Below, piece by piece: positions 49,116-57,351 of a DNA stretch of 60,237 nt (the stretch's first letter is position 1; each line of letters starts with the position of its first letter). The translations under genes were made by a program, and so were the position numbers. Origin of the DNA: a virus (taxonomy: Duplodnaviria; Caudoviricetes); the IMG/VR virus record IMGVR_UViG_3300045303_000084, positions 1 to 60,237 of that record; one strand, given 5' to 3'. The notes below the pieces were generated by a model that saw only the letters and a program-made list of their open reading frames with translations, was not told where the DNA came from and did no database searches.

Positions 49116-49763
49116 GTGAGTGTACCACCGACTGGGCGAGCGTGCGTTGCTTGCGGTGAATGGAAGTCAGCCGAGCACTTCTACGGACATAAGCGGGGTA
49201 TCAACGGACTCACAGGTCGTTGTAAGTCCTGCTACCGAGTATACCAGCAGGCTTGGCGTGAAAATAACGCCGCGCTGATGCGAGAGCGCACAAGAGCATA
49301 CAACCGGCGACATCGAGCCAAAAATCCTCGTTTGGCTGTTCAGCGGGCTCAGGCATACCGAGCCGCGAACTACGTTACGGTGATGGCTCGCGAAGCTCGT
49401 TTCCGAGAAGAGAATCGGGAGCGTTTGTTAGCTCGCCGCCGCGAGTTGAGGCAGCAGGCGCGGGAACGCTACACCGCGTATCACTACGCCTGGATCGCTC
49501 GCCGGAAGGCGAATGGCGGATCGTTTACGTCGGAAGAATGGGCGAGGCTTTGCAGCTTCTACGGCGGAAGGTGTCTCGCCTGTGGCCGTGTCGCGAAACT
49601 GACGGTTGACCATGTTGTGCCGGTATCGCGTGGCGGCTCGGACGACATCAGCAATCTTCAACCGCTCTGTGGCCCGTGCAATTCCCGAAAGGGGAACCGG
49701 CGGATTATCGACTACCGTCCGTTCTCGTCACTGCTCGACGGGAGTTGTATGTGTCTGTCCTGA
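49116..49763 (+). CDS. HNH homing endonuclease
   Basis: CVACGEWK...F...CKSC; CLACG..LTVDHVVPVSRGGSDDISNLQPLCGPCNSRKG. Confidence 0.85.
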   Translation: MSVPPTGRACVACGEWKSAEHFYGHKRGINGLTGRCKSCYRVYQQAWRENNAALMRERTRAYNRRHRAKNPRLAVQRAQAYRAANYVTVMAREARFREENRERLLARRRELRQQARERYTAYHYAWIARRKANGGSFTSEEWARLCSFYGGRCLACGRVAKLTVDHVVPVSRGGSDDISNLQPLCGPCNSRKGNRRIIDYRPFSSLLDGSCMCLS

Positions 49764-51382
49764 CGAGTCTGCAAGGGTTCTTTGGAGGGGCATCAACGAG
49801 CCTCAATGGTTCGGCCTATCCGTATCGTGCGCACGTTGCATCACGAGTTACGGCGCAGGATCTCCCGCCCAGGGCGTTGTATGACTTCTTGAAGACGATG
49901 TATCTTTCGGTGGGCGCTTACGATGACATGCGTTTGGGGTGGGCTGCGACCGGCTACAGCTCGCCGTCACTCAAGGCGATCAGAAACCCCGTTACCGCCG
50001 TTGTGGACGTTCTGGGCTCCAAGTTGTATCCCGAGCCGCTGACGGTTACCACGCCGCGTACGCAGGGTTTGACGAGTCAGCAAGAGCGGCAACAGGCCGA
50101 GCAGGACGACCCGATCAAGGCGGCCATCGATCAGGTACAGCTCTGGTCAAACTGGGGACGCGCCAAGCGCAAGCACGCCAGATGGGTCAGTCTGTACGGT
50201 GAGGCGTTCATCAAGGTCGTGGCCGATCCGATCGCTGGCCGCGTCTACTACGAACTGATCGAGCCGCAGTACGTGACGGATTACAGCATCGACGTGCGCG
50301 ACTTCATCACCAGTATCCGCCTCGACATCCCGCAGTGTGACGTGGACCGAAACGGCAGGCGACATTGGGTCCATACCGAGGCGTGGGACAAGGATCTCCA
50401 GAGCGTCCGCATTTGGCGTACGGACGGCATGCTCGATAGCGTGACGAATCGTTCACTGGACGACCTCGGTACACCCGTCATCGAGATGTCTCTCTCAGCC
50501 TTTGGCATCGACTTCGTGCCGATCTGCCGTGCGCCGTTCCGTGAGATTGATGACGGTCGTGCGCTCGGCGCCGTACAGCCGGCGTTAGAAGCCATCATCG
50601 AGGGCGACCTGTCAGCCACCAATCTGCATAGCCTGGTGTTCTCGGACCTGGCCGGCGCGAAGGTGCTCAAGAGCATCGGCAATGACGCGACCGGGCGTCC
50701 GTTCGCGCCGCCCCAGGTTGCTGCCGCCAACGCAGACGGGCAGAACGGCCGACAGACGGACAACACCGTCCTTGTCGGCAAGCGTGAGTTCTGGCGCCTG
50801 CCCGGCAACCAGGAATTGCAGGATGTGATTCCGAACATCAATTACGCCGCCGCGCTCGCTATCCTTCAGGATCATGACCAGCACCTAGAGCGATTGCTCC
50901 CAGCATTGGGCTATATCCGTATCAGCGAAATGTCTGGTGGCGACCTGTCCGGCAAGGCGATCACGTACAAGATGCGCGCCTTTGTGGATCAGGTCGAGGA
51001 AGGACGGAGCAACGTCCTGGCCTGCCTGAAGCAAGCCGACATGATGGCGTTGACGATGGGGCAGGCGGCCGGCATCTTCTCGGATCTCGGATCGTTCGAG
51101 GCTGGCGACTTCGAGCATTCCTACCAGGACGAGCCGATCCTTCACATTTCGACGCTGGACGAGGCCGAGGAAGAACGTACCAGGGCACAGGCTGCGCAGG
51201 CGTACGCGGCGGCTGGCATCCCGATGTCGGTCATTCTCACCGGACCGCTGGAGATGACCGAGGATGAGGCCGCTGAGGTCGTGGACGAAGCGACGGCAGA
51301 GGCAGAGCAAGCCTTCCAGCAGCAGCAAGAGCTGGCAGCCGCACAACCGGCACCGGGAGATGGCAATGGCCCGCCTCAGTGA
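49751..51382 (+). CDS. Portal protein
   Basis: ~540 aa after TerL; IRNPV..VVD, YGEAFIKV, FGIDFVPI, LSGKAI; SD GGGAG + GTG. Confidence 0.8.
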   Translation: MSVLTSLQGFFGGASTSLNGSAYPYRAHVASRVTAQDLPPRALYDFLKTMYLSVGAYDDMRLGWAATGYSSPSLKAIRNPVTAVVDVLGSKLYPEPLTVTTPRTQGLTSQQERQQAEQDDPIKAAIDQVQLWSNWGRAKRKHARWVSLYGEAFIKVVADPIAGRVYYELIEPQYVTDYSIDVRDFITSIRLDIPQCDVDRNGRRHWVHTEAWDKDLQSVRIWRTDGMLDSVTNRSLDDLGTPVIEMSLSAFGIDFVPICRAPFREIDDGRALGAVQPALEAIIEGDLSATNLHSLVFSDLAGAKVLKSIGNDATGRPFAPPQVAAANADGQNGRQTDNTVLVGKREFWRLPGNQELQDVIPNINYAAALAILQDHDQHLERLLPALGYIRISEMSGGDLSGKAITYKMRAFVDQVEEGRSNVLACLKQADMMALTMGQAAGIFSDLGSFEAGDFEHSYQDEPILHISTLDEAEEERTRAQAAQAYAAAGIPMSVILTGPLEMTEDEAAEVVDEATAEAEQAFQQQQELAAAQPAPGDGNGPPQ

Positions 51383-51569
51383 CGCACAGAAGCGTCTGAC
51401 CGCTGCGCAGGCCCGTAAGCGCCGTGCTGCGCTTGGCCCGCCCCTGCGTCTCGATGATGCTGCGATTGCCACAGCTTCCGTGGTCGGGCCTGCCGATATG
51501 CCAGAGGTTGAGGCGTTTACTCGCGCCACGGCTGGCGAGCGCGGCGCGGCGCTGCTGGAGGCACGGTGA
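51360..51569 (+). CDS. Hypothetical protein
   Basis: LGPPLRLDDAAI...LLEA; overlaps the portal end. Confidence 0.5.
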   Translation: MAMARLSDAQKRLTAAQARKRRAALGPPLRLDDAAIATASVVGPADMPEVEAFTRATAGERGAALLEAR

Positions 51570-51772
51570 CTCGCTACGTGATGGCAAAGAAGCGCGATAC
51601 CACCAGTGGTATCGCCTACGATGACGATTTCTGGGTCGATGCCGGTCAGCTCGGCTCGGTCCATGACCTTTGTGGCGAGGGTGACGATGACGAGCCGGCC
51701 ATCCTCGTACCCGATGGCAATGGCGACTATCGCGAGCATCGGCCGGAGACGCGACGGAGGCTCGGTTTTTAG
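51566..51772 (+). CDS. Hypothetical protein
   Basis: GTGA-coupled. Confidence 0.45.
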   Translation: MTRYVMAKKRDTTSGIAYDDDFWVDAGQLGSVHDLCGEGDDDEPAILVPDGNGDYREHRPETRRRLGF

Positions 51773-52396
51773 ATGGCGCTTTCGTTCGACACGGCGACGG
51801 GACGCTACCGCGATGCCGCTACGGGGCGTTATGTGTCCGACGCCTCGGTCAGGTCCGTCGTGGACAGCATCGCGGACGGTGCCTCCGCGCGGATGGCAGC
51901 GGCGTCGGAGCGGATGTTGGCCGGCGACATGCTCCTGGCGGAATTCCAGTCCACGATGATGCGCGAGGTCAAGCTGTCACAGCTCGCAGCCAGCACGATC
52001 GCGCACGGCGGGCAAGCTCAGATGGGCTTCAGCCAGTACGGCGCGGCCGGCAACGCCATCAGGGTGCAGTACGACTACATCCGTCAGTTTGCAGCGCAGG
52101 TTGCCGATGGCACGCAACCGCTCAACGGCTCGCTGATCGCCAGGGCGAAGCAATACGGACAGGCATCGCGCGTGACGTATTCCAAGGAGTACGGCCGCGA
52201 TCAGATGCAGCGCGGTTACGCCTTCGAGCGGAACATCCTCGGGGCCGCTGAGCATTGCTCGCTCTGTCCGGATCTGACGACGCGCGGGTGGGTGCCGATT
52301 GGCTCGCTGCCGTCAGTCGGCAGCCGTCCGTGCAGATCAAACGATCGTTGCCACATCGTCTACCGCAAGGAGCAGCCCGCCTCTGTGGCGGCGTAG
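51773..52396 (+). CDS. Minor head protein (MuF/gp7-like)
   Basis: GRYRDA.TGRYVS; C-terminal EHC..C....GW.PIG.LP..G...C..NDRC. Confidence 0.65.
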   Translation: MALSFDTATGRYRDAATGRYVSDASVRSVVDSIADGASARMAAASERMLAGDMLLAEFQSTMMREVKLSQLAASTIAHGGQAQMGFSQYGAAGNAIRVQYDYIRQFAAQVADGTQPLNGSLIARAKQYGQASRVTYSKEYGRDQMQRGYAFERNILGAAEHCSLCPDLTTRGWVPIGSLPSVGSRPCRSNDRCHIVYRKEQPASVAA

Positions 52397-52405
52397 GGAG
52401 GAATC

Positions 52406-52609
52406 ATGGACGTACGGACGCGCCATACTGCGAAGGACTACGGGCGGCTCATGGCCGGTATCGGCCTGTTGCTGCTCGGAATCTTCTTCGCGGTGCTGGT
52501 CTGCTGGATGGTGCTCTCAAAGCAGGACAGCAAGCTCTATGAAGCCGATAACGTGGTCTGCGTCTCGCAGCCATTCAGCGTGCAGTGCTTCGAGCGGAAG
52601 CCACGATAA
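52406..52609 (+). CDS. Small membrane protein
   Basis: SD GGAGG; one TM helix. Confidence 0.55.
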   Translation: MDVRTRHTAKDYGRLMAGIGLLLLGIFFAVLVCWMVLSKQDSKLYEADNVVCVSQPFSVQCFERKPR

Positions 52610-52632
52610 CGCAGTAAGGGAGGTGATCCGAC

Positions 52633-53364
52633 GTGGCTGACTTCACGACGATGCGTTTTGAACTGAATACTAACTCCAACGCTTCGCCAACATGGACGAC
52701 AGTGCCGGCGTCTGGCTCGGGTACTGGTCAGGAGTTGCGGTTCTCTGATGTCAGCACGGCGGGCTCTACCGCTTCTGCGTCGTGGCCATTTGTAACGCGC
52801 CCGACTTCGGGCACCGCCGGCGTTGACTACCTCTACGTCTTCACGGCTGACACGACCTCGCTGGGGTCTATTGGTGGCGGCACATCAACGCCGGCCGCGT
52901 TCTCGAACGCAAACTATCTGGAGTTCCGGCTCTGGTGGGACAACGTCGGGACGTTCGCCAGCGCGCCGATCTACACGGCGTACCCGACGACTGCCCACGG
53001 CTCGGTGACGCGCGGCGACGGCTCGCTACTCGGCGGCCATGCCACGGATACCGGTGGTACGGCGCGCTCCTACCTCAAGGGCGCAATGTTCGGCCGGGTG
53101 GTATCGGCTGGCGCACCGGCCGCCGCTGTCGGCTCAGCCCCGACCGTGACCGATGGGACGACTGGAGCGGTTAGCCCGACCGCCGGCGCGAACTGGAGCA
53201 CGTACCAGGGGCTTCAAGGCGATAACGATTACCTTCAATTCCCATCGACCCCGGCAGCGACCACGCAGGATCAGCTAAATCTGATGATCCGTCTTTTCAC
53301 TGGTGCGAATATGAGTCCAGGCACTCACACGCCAGTGGTGAGCGTGAAGTACACCTGGACGTAG
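52633..53364 (+). CDS. Putative virion structural protein (Thr/Gly/Ser-rich, beta)
   Basis: SD GGAGGT; ends VKYTWT, similar to the end of 56898..57347 (VTFTWTE). Confidence 0.55.
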   Translation: MADFTTMRFELNTNSNASPTWTTVPASGSGTGQELRFSDVSTAGSTASASWPFVTRPTSGTAGVDYLYVFTADTTSLGSIGGGTSTPAAFSNANYLEFRLWWDNVGTFASAPIYTAYPTTAHGSVTRGDGSLLGGHATDTGGTARSYLKGAMFGRVVSAGAPAAAVGSAPTVTDGTTGAVSPTAGANWSTYQGLQGDNDYLQFPSTPAATTQDQLNLMIRLFTGANMSPGTHTPVVSVKYTWT

Positions 53365-53374
53365 TTTGCAAAGA

Positions 53375-54121
53375 TTACACAGATGGCTTTTGAGGCAGTC
53401 CGCGATGATTGAGCGCGCGAATCTCAGCGATAAGCGGTACGCGAGCGGCGAGGGTTTCGTCGCTGACCCATCGTGGGGCTTTGCCTCCGCGCGTGTATCC
53501 GAGGTCGCTGAGAGCCAGCACGATCTCTGCTTGCCGATGCTTGATCTTCAAGTACGGCAGGAGTCTTCGGCAGAGACGGACTGCTTCGGTGCCACCCGCA
53601 TACCAGTTCTGCACTGGCTTGTGGATACCCGGGCGAACGGCTCTCGGAGCGGTCAGGTATCCGCCGAACGTCTTTGCTACCCACTGCATAACGGGCTCGT
53701 AGGTATTCGCCATCATCAGTCGGCAGTGCATGCTCTCGTTCCCGGTGCTCGGGCTCGTCGTCATGCGGACAGTAATGGTGCCCTCGCCATCGATCAGGCC
53801 GGCGAAGTAGATGAGATCGCGCTCGTCGTCTGGAATGATGACCGGGACGTTTTCTGCGGCGCTCTTGCACTCGAAGCTACAGAACCGTTGCGGCTTGGCC
53901 GCGTTCGGTGCGTGCGGCCGGAACTCGGCGCCGCATTGCTCGCAGGGCATGACGACGGTGTGTCCTGTCCCCTTGAGCGGCGACGGACGGCCCTTGCTGC
54001 CGACACCACGGCATGTCGCGGAGCAGTAGCGGACGGCTCGTTGCTTGACGCGGAACGGCTCAACGAGGAACTCGGAGCCGCAGACCTCGCATGTGCGGGG
54101 CATGGTACGCTTTTGGGGCAT
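53375..54121 (-). CDS. LAGLIDADG homing endonuclease with two N-terminal Zn ribbons
   Basis: YFAGLIDGEGTI motif; LLPYLKIKHRQA...IRALN; CEVCG..YCS.TC and CEQCG..FCSFEC. Confidence 0.9.
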   Translation of the reverse strand: MPQKRTMPRTCEVCGSEFLVEPFRVKQRAVRYCSATCRGVGSKGRPSPLKGTGHTVVMPCEQCGAEFRPHAPNAAKPQRFCSFECKSAAENVPVIIPDDERDLIYFAGLIDGEGTITVRMTTSPSTGNESMHCRLMMANTYEPVMQWVAKTFGGYLTAPRAVRPGIHKPVQNWYAGGTEAVRLCRRLLPYLKIKHRQAEIVLALSDLGYTRGGKAPRWVSDETLAARVPLIAEIRALNHRGLPQKPSV

Positions 54122-54200
54122 CAGATCCTCCAACGGTCTGGTGTCACGCCCCGGGCTGTTTCTACCAGCGCCGGGGCTTCATCGTGCCTGAAGTATACCG
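54122..54200 (-). promoter_or_regulatory. Endonuclease-cassette leader
   Basis: CGGTATACT-tcagGCACGAtgaa-GCCCCGGCGCTG-gtagaaa-CAGCCCGGGGC-gTGACACC...GGAGG..ATG. Confidence 0.8.
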
Positions 54201-54220
54201 TCTACCAGGAGGGATGACCG

Positions 54221-54475
54221 ATGCCAAAGAAAGACGATGCGCCCGAGCTGACCGTCTGCGACGGCTGCGGGATGGAGCGCGACGACGTGAACGGCGACGG
54301 CTACTGCCCGGCCTGTGCTGAGCGCCGCGCCGATGATCCACAGGTCACGGTGCAGGGTCGCGCGCTGACCGTCTCCGAACTGGAGATGCAGGCCGAGGAC
54401 GACGAGCACCTGGCAGCAGCGCTCAAAGGCGATAGCGTGCAGGATCAGATCAAGGTGGCAAAGGCGGATCGGTGA
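54221..54475 (+). CDS. Small Zn-binding protein
   Basis: SD AGGAGG; CDGCG...YCPAC. Confidence 0.55.
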   Translation: MPKKDDAPELTVCDGCGMERDDVNGDGYCPACAERRADDPQVTVQGRALTVSELEMQAEDDEHLAAALKGDSVQDQIKVAKADR

Positions 54476-54690
54476 ACGAGATGGGTCAGTGTCGGGATTG
54501 CCGCTGGTGGGAAGTTTCCGCGCAGGAGCAGGATAGCGGTAAGCGATTCTGTGGCCTGGCTACCAGTGACGATGGCGTGGCGCTCCATACGGAAACACCG
54601 TTTTGGGCAGTAGCAACAGATGGCGGCGAGGCGGTCGTCTTTACGAGTCCAGACTTCGGCTGCGTCCAGTTCGAGAGGAAAGAATCGTGA
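54472..54690 (+). CDS. Small Cys-rich protein
   Basis: CRDCRWW...C...TSPDFGCVQF. Confidence 0.55.
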   Translation: MNEMGQCRDCRWWEVSAQEQDSGKRFCGLATSDDGVALHTETPFWAVATDGGEAVVFTSPDFGCVQFERKES

Positions 54691-54770
54691 GCGCCGTTGC
54701 CGATGTCCTCAAGACGATGGACCCGGCCGCCCTGCGCGCCCGTGTGACAGGTCGGCCGTGGTGGCGGGTG
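54687..54770 (+). pseudogene. Remnant N-terminus of the gene now starting at 55379
   Basis: MSAVADVLKTMDPAALRARVTGRPWWRV aligns with MNVARMLIPLEMHARLKGRSYWRM. Confidence 0.65.
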
Positions 54771-55301
54771 TCAGTCATCATCGCCAACGACATCGACGTA
54801 GCGATGCTCGAATTTGGGTCCATAGCGCCAAGTTTGCCGGTGTCGCTCCGGGTCTGTCCGGGCGAAGTGTCGATCTCCCGTAGGCAAGCGTCCTCGCTCA
54901 GAAGCGTCAGCCATGTTGTCAGCCTGGGTGCCGAGCGAGAGATGCCGAATGTTGCAACACGGGGGATTGTCGCACGCATGCCGGACCTTCAATCCGGGAG
55001 GAATCGGACCGTACGACAACTCCCAAGCCACTCGGTGAGCCTTAGCAGGCCGGCTATTGACGCTGACCTGTCCGTAGCCTCGCCCATCGGTCGCCCCGAT
55101 CCATACGTGGCACTCATTGGGCGTTCCGAGTCGCACCTTGTCCCAGAACCGATCTGCAATAGGGACTCGGCGGCTCGAATGGAGACTGTCGCGGCAGCCC
55201 AGACTGCAAACCTTGCCTCGATTTCCACGAATTCTCGACGGTGTCGTGGTGAAGGTAGATCCGCAGTATGCGCAGTCTCGCGTGATAGGATTTGGACGCA
55301 T
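54771..55301 (-). CDS. HNH homing endonuclease (Zn-ribbon + HNH_3-type)
   Basis: CAYCG..VCSLGC; RFWDKV..CHVWIG..GYG..KAHRVAW..VRHACDNPPCCNIRHLSLGTQADNMAD. Confidence 0.9.
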   Translation of the reverse strand: MRPNPITRDCAYCGSTFTTTPSRIRGNRGKVCSLGCRDSLHSSRRVPIADRFWDKVRLGTPNECHVWIGATDGRGYGQVSVNSRPAKAHRVAWELSYGPIPPGLKVRHACDNPPCCNIRHLSLGTQADNMADASERGRLPTGDRHFARTDPERHRQTWRYGPKFEHRYVDVVGDDD

Positions 55302-55381
55302 CGGAAGTACATCCCTTCTGGTGCCACGTCCCCGGCAGTTCGCGCTGCGCGGGGGCTCTCTTGTGCCGGAATTATACCATG
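55302..55381 (-). promoter_or_regulatory. Endonuclease-cassette leader
   Basis: TGGTATAAT-tccgGCACAAgagag-CCCCCGCGCAG-cgcgaa-CTGCCGGGG-acgTGGCACC-agaAGGGA..ATG. Confidence 0.8.
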
Positions 55382-55804
55382 AATGTCGCGCGTATGCTGA
55401 TTCCACTCGAAATGCACGCTCGTCTGAAGGGGCGTTCCTATTGGCGTATGCGCTTCATCGACGGTCGCACGATTGATGAGCGTGACGTGGACTGGAGTCT
55501 CGCGCCGCAACGAGGGAGGATGGCCCTGCAACTGGTCTGCCCGGATGGTCAAATTGCTCAGGTCGGGAATACACAAGACTCGACGGGAAGACTTTTCCAA
55601 CTGAAAGCCGGCGCACTGACCGGCTCGACGCGGAGCACTGACGCGCACCTGATCGGGATCGTGCATGGCACGGACGGGCAGGCGACGGTCGCTGCCTGGG
55701 AGTACGGCCCGAAGCGGCTCGTGACATTTGAGGACAACGTGTGGAATGTTCGATACCGGGGCATCGGGCGCCTGAATTTCGATGTTCTCGGGATCAGGGG
55801 GTAA
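55379..55804 (+). CDS. Hypothetical protein
   Basis: ATG embedded in the cassette's -10 extension. Confidence 0.6.
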   Translation: MNVARMLIPLEMHARLKGRSYWRMRFIDGRTIDERDVDWSLAPQRGRMALQLVCPDGQIAQVGNTQDSTGRLFQLKAGALTGSTRSTDAHLIGIVHGTDGQATVAAWEYGPKRLVTFEDNVWNVRYRGIGRLNFDVLGIRG

Positions 55805-55811
55805 TCAACAC

Positions 55812-56183
55812 ATGGTCGTCGTGGTCAACCAGGCCAATCGCGGCCCCGGACTCGTGGACAGCGGCACGCAAAACCTCGCTGCGGTGCTCGGTTCGGCTCC
55901 GGTGCCCGGCACGGTCTACATCGGCACGCTGATTCTCGACGCTGCTGACCGCGACGACCCGGCATTGGTCTTCGGACAGATGGCGCTCTCGATTGACGGA
56001 CAGGTGGTCTGGGGTCCGACCGACTGCCCATGCGGCGCAAAGGATCGTAACGGCAACCCGATCGTGCCGTCGCTCGCTTGGGGGAATTCCGGCTTCGGGG
56101 CGACGACCTGCCGGGTGACATTCAACGCCTCTCGGCGCGTCAGGGTGGGCCTGGACGTGTCGACGCAGCCGATGGTGCGGTGA
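55812..56183 (+). CDS. Hypothetical (beta-rich) protein
   Basis: In an operon with structural-like genes. Confidence 0.5.
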   Translation: MVVVVNQANRGPGLVDSGTQNLAAVLGSAPVPGTVYIGTLILDAADRDDPALVFGQMALSIDGQVVWGPTDCPCGAKDRNGNPIVPSLAWGNSGFGATTCRVTFNASRRVRVGLDVSTQPMVR

Positions 56184-56186
56184 GCC

Positions 56187-56888
56187 GTGGCTGTCGGTAT
56201 CGGGACGGTGACGACGGCGTCGAGCCCGCCCAGCAGCACATGGACCGTGTCATTCACAAGTACAAATCAGCCGCTCTATATGATCGTTGCGGTCTGGCGC
56301 GCTGCGCGGACGCTCAACACGGTCACCTATGGCGGCACGTCGATGACGCGCGTGGCGCAAGCATCGCCATCGAACGGCGATGACATCGTGGAAATCTGGC
56401 GGCTACTGGCGCCAACAGCCGGTACGGCCAACCTCGTCGCGACATGGAGCGCCTCGGGATATGGAGGTTCACTCGGAATCTTCAACACAACGGGGCAGGA
56501 CGTTGGCGGTACGCCGGAGGGCACCGCTGCATCGAACACCAGCACGGTCAATGGAACCGCCACCGGTTCGCTCGCTGTCTCTGGCATGGCATCCGGCGAC
56601 CTCGTGATCGTCGGAATTGCCAATGGCTCTGGCGCGGCGGTGACGCCGGGATCAACCGGAGGCGGGGCTTCGACCGAAATGTTTGACCTGACCAGCGCTG
56701 GCGAGCAGTCAGAGGCGTTCCGCGTCCCGGATGCCGTCACCGCCGTTTCGGGGTCGTGGACCGGGTCGACCGGCTGGGCCATCGCCGCCATTCCGCTCAA
56801 GGCGCCTGCCGCCGGTTTCGATCCGACGACCATGCCGTTGACGCAGAACGTGTTCATCCCGACCGGGCAGCAGCTCGGCCAGTATTGA
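56187..56888 (+). CDS. Putative virion structural/adhesion protein
   Basis: Thr/Gly/Ser-rich; VTYGGTSMT...EIWRLLAP.AGTANL beta-sandwich-like pattern. Confidence 0.55.
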   Translation: MAVGIGTVTTASSPPSSTWTVSFTSTNQPLYMIVAVWRAARTLNTVTYGGTSMTRVAQASPSNGDDIVEIWRLLAPTAGTANLVATWSASGYGGSLGIFNTTGQDVGGTPEGTAASNTSTVNGTATGSLAVSGMASGDLVIVGIANGSGAAVTPGSTGGGASTEMFDLTSAGEQSEAFRVPDAVTAVSGSWTGSTGWAIAAIPLKAPAAGFDPTTMPLTQNVFIPTGQQLGQY

Positions 56889-56897
56889 GGAGGTCCG

Positions 56898-57347
56898 ATG
56901 CCGGCCTACACCGCTACCGCCCGAGCCGCTGTTGCCAACCCGCGTACCATTGGCCGCATCGGCCACGACGCTACGGCTGTCCAGCGTGGCTGCCTCAACC
57001 GGATGACCATCAGCGTGTCAGGCACGCCGGCTGACAATGCGATCATCTGGACGCTCCAACGCTGCACTACGACGGGCACCATGACCGGCGTCACGCCGGC
57101 CACGCGCGATACGGCTGACGGTGCGGCTGACCTGATCGCGTCTGAGAACGCGACGGCCGAGCCAACCTACACGGCATCCACGGAGATGTTCGACAACGCG
57201 ATCAACCAGCGAGCCACCTTGATTGTGGTCTATGACGACCGCAACGAGATCATTATTCCTGCGACAGCCAACAACGGATTAGGCCTCAAGGCGACTCACG
57301 CCTCGTTCACCGGCAACTCCGAAGTGACGTTCACCTGGACCGAGTAA
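56898..57347 (+). CDS. Putative virion structural protein
   Basis: SD GGAGG; ATAEPTYT, INQRAT, EIIIPATANNGLGL. Confidence 0.55.
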   Translation: MPAYTATARAAVANPRTIGRIGHDATAVQRGCLNRMTISVSGTPADNAIIWTLQRCTTTGTMTGVTPATRDTADGAADLIASENATAEPTYTASTEMFDNAINQRATLIVVYDDRNEIIIPATANNGLGLKATHASFTGNSEVTFTWTE

Positions 57348-57351
57348 CGAC

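Noticed and set aside
12871-51739. Many long antisense or alternate-frame ORFs in the track (e.g. 16657..17424, 40153..41181, 47930..48883, 50885..51739)
   Set aside because: They are shadow ORFs of well-supported genes, expected at high GC, with no SD or recognisable motifs
5033-55382. Endonuclease cassettes as group I/II introns or inteins
   Set aside because: Six of seven are antisense to the host operon, the non-coding part is only ~80 nt with no recognisable ribozyme core, there are no intein splice motifs, and the flanks are duplicated N-termini rather than exons that could be rejoined
5033-55382. Cassettes as IS elements or IscB/TnpB (OMEGA) systems
   Set aside because: No transposase, RuvC motifs, terminal inverted repeats or exact target-site duplications were seen; a guide-RNA role for the leader is unsupported
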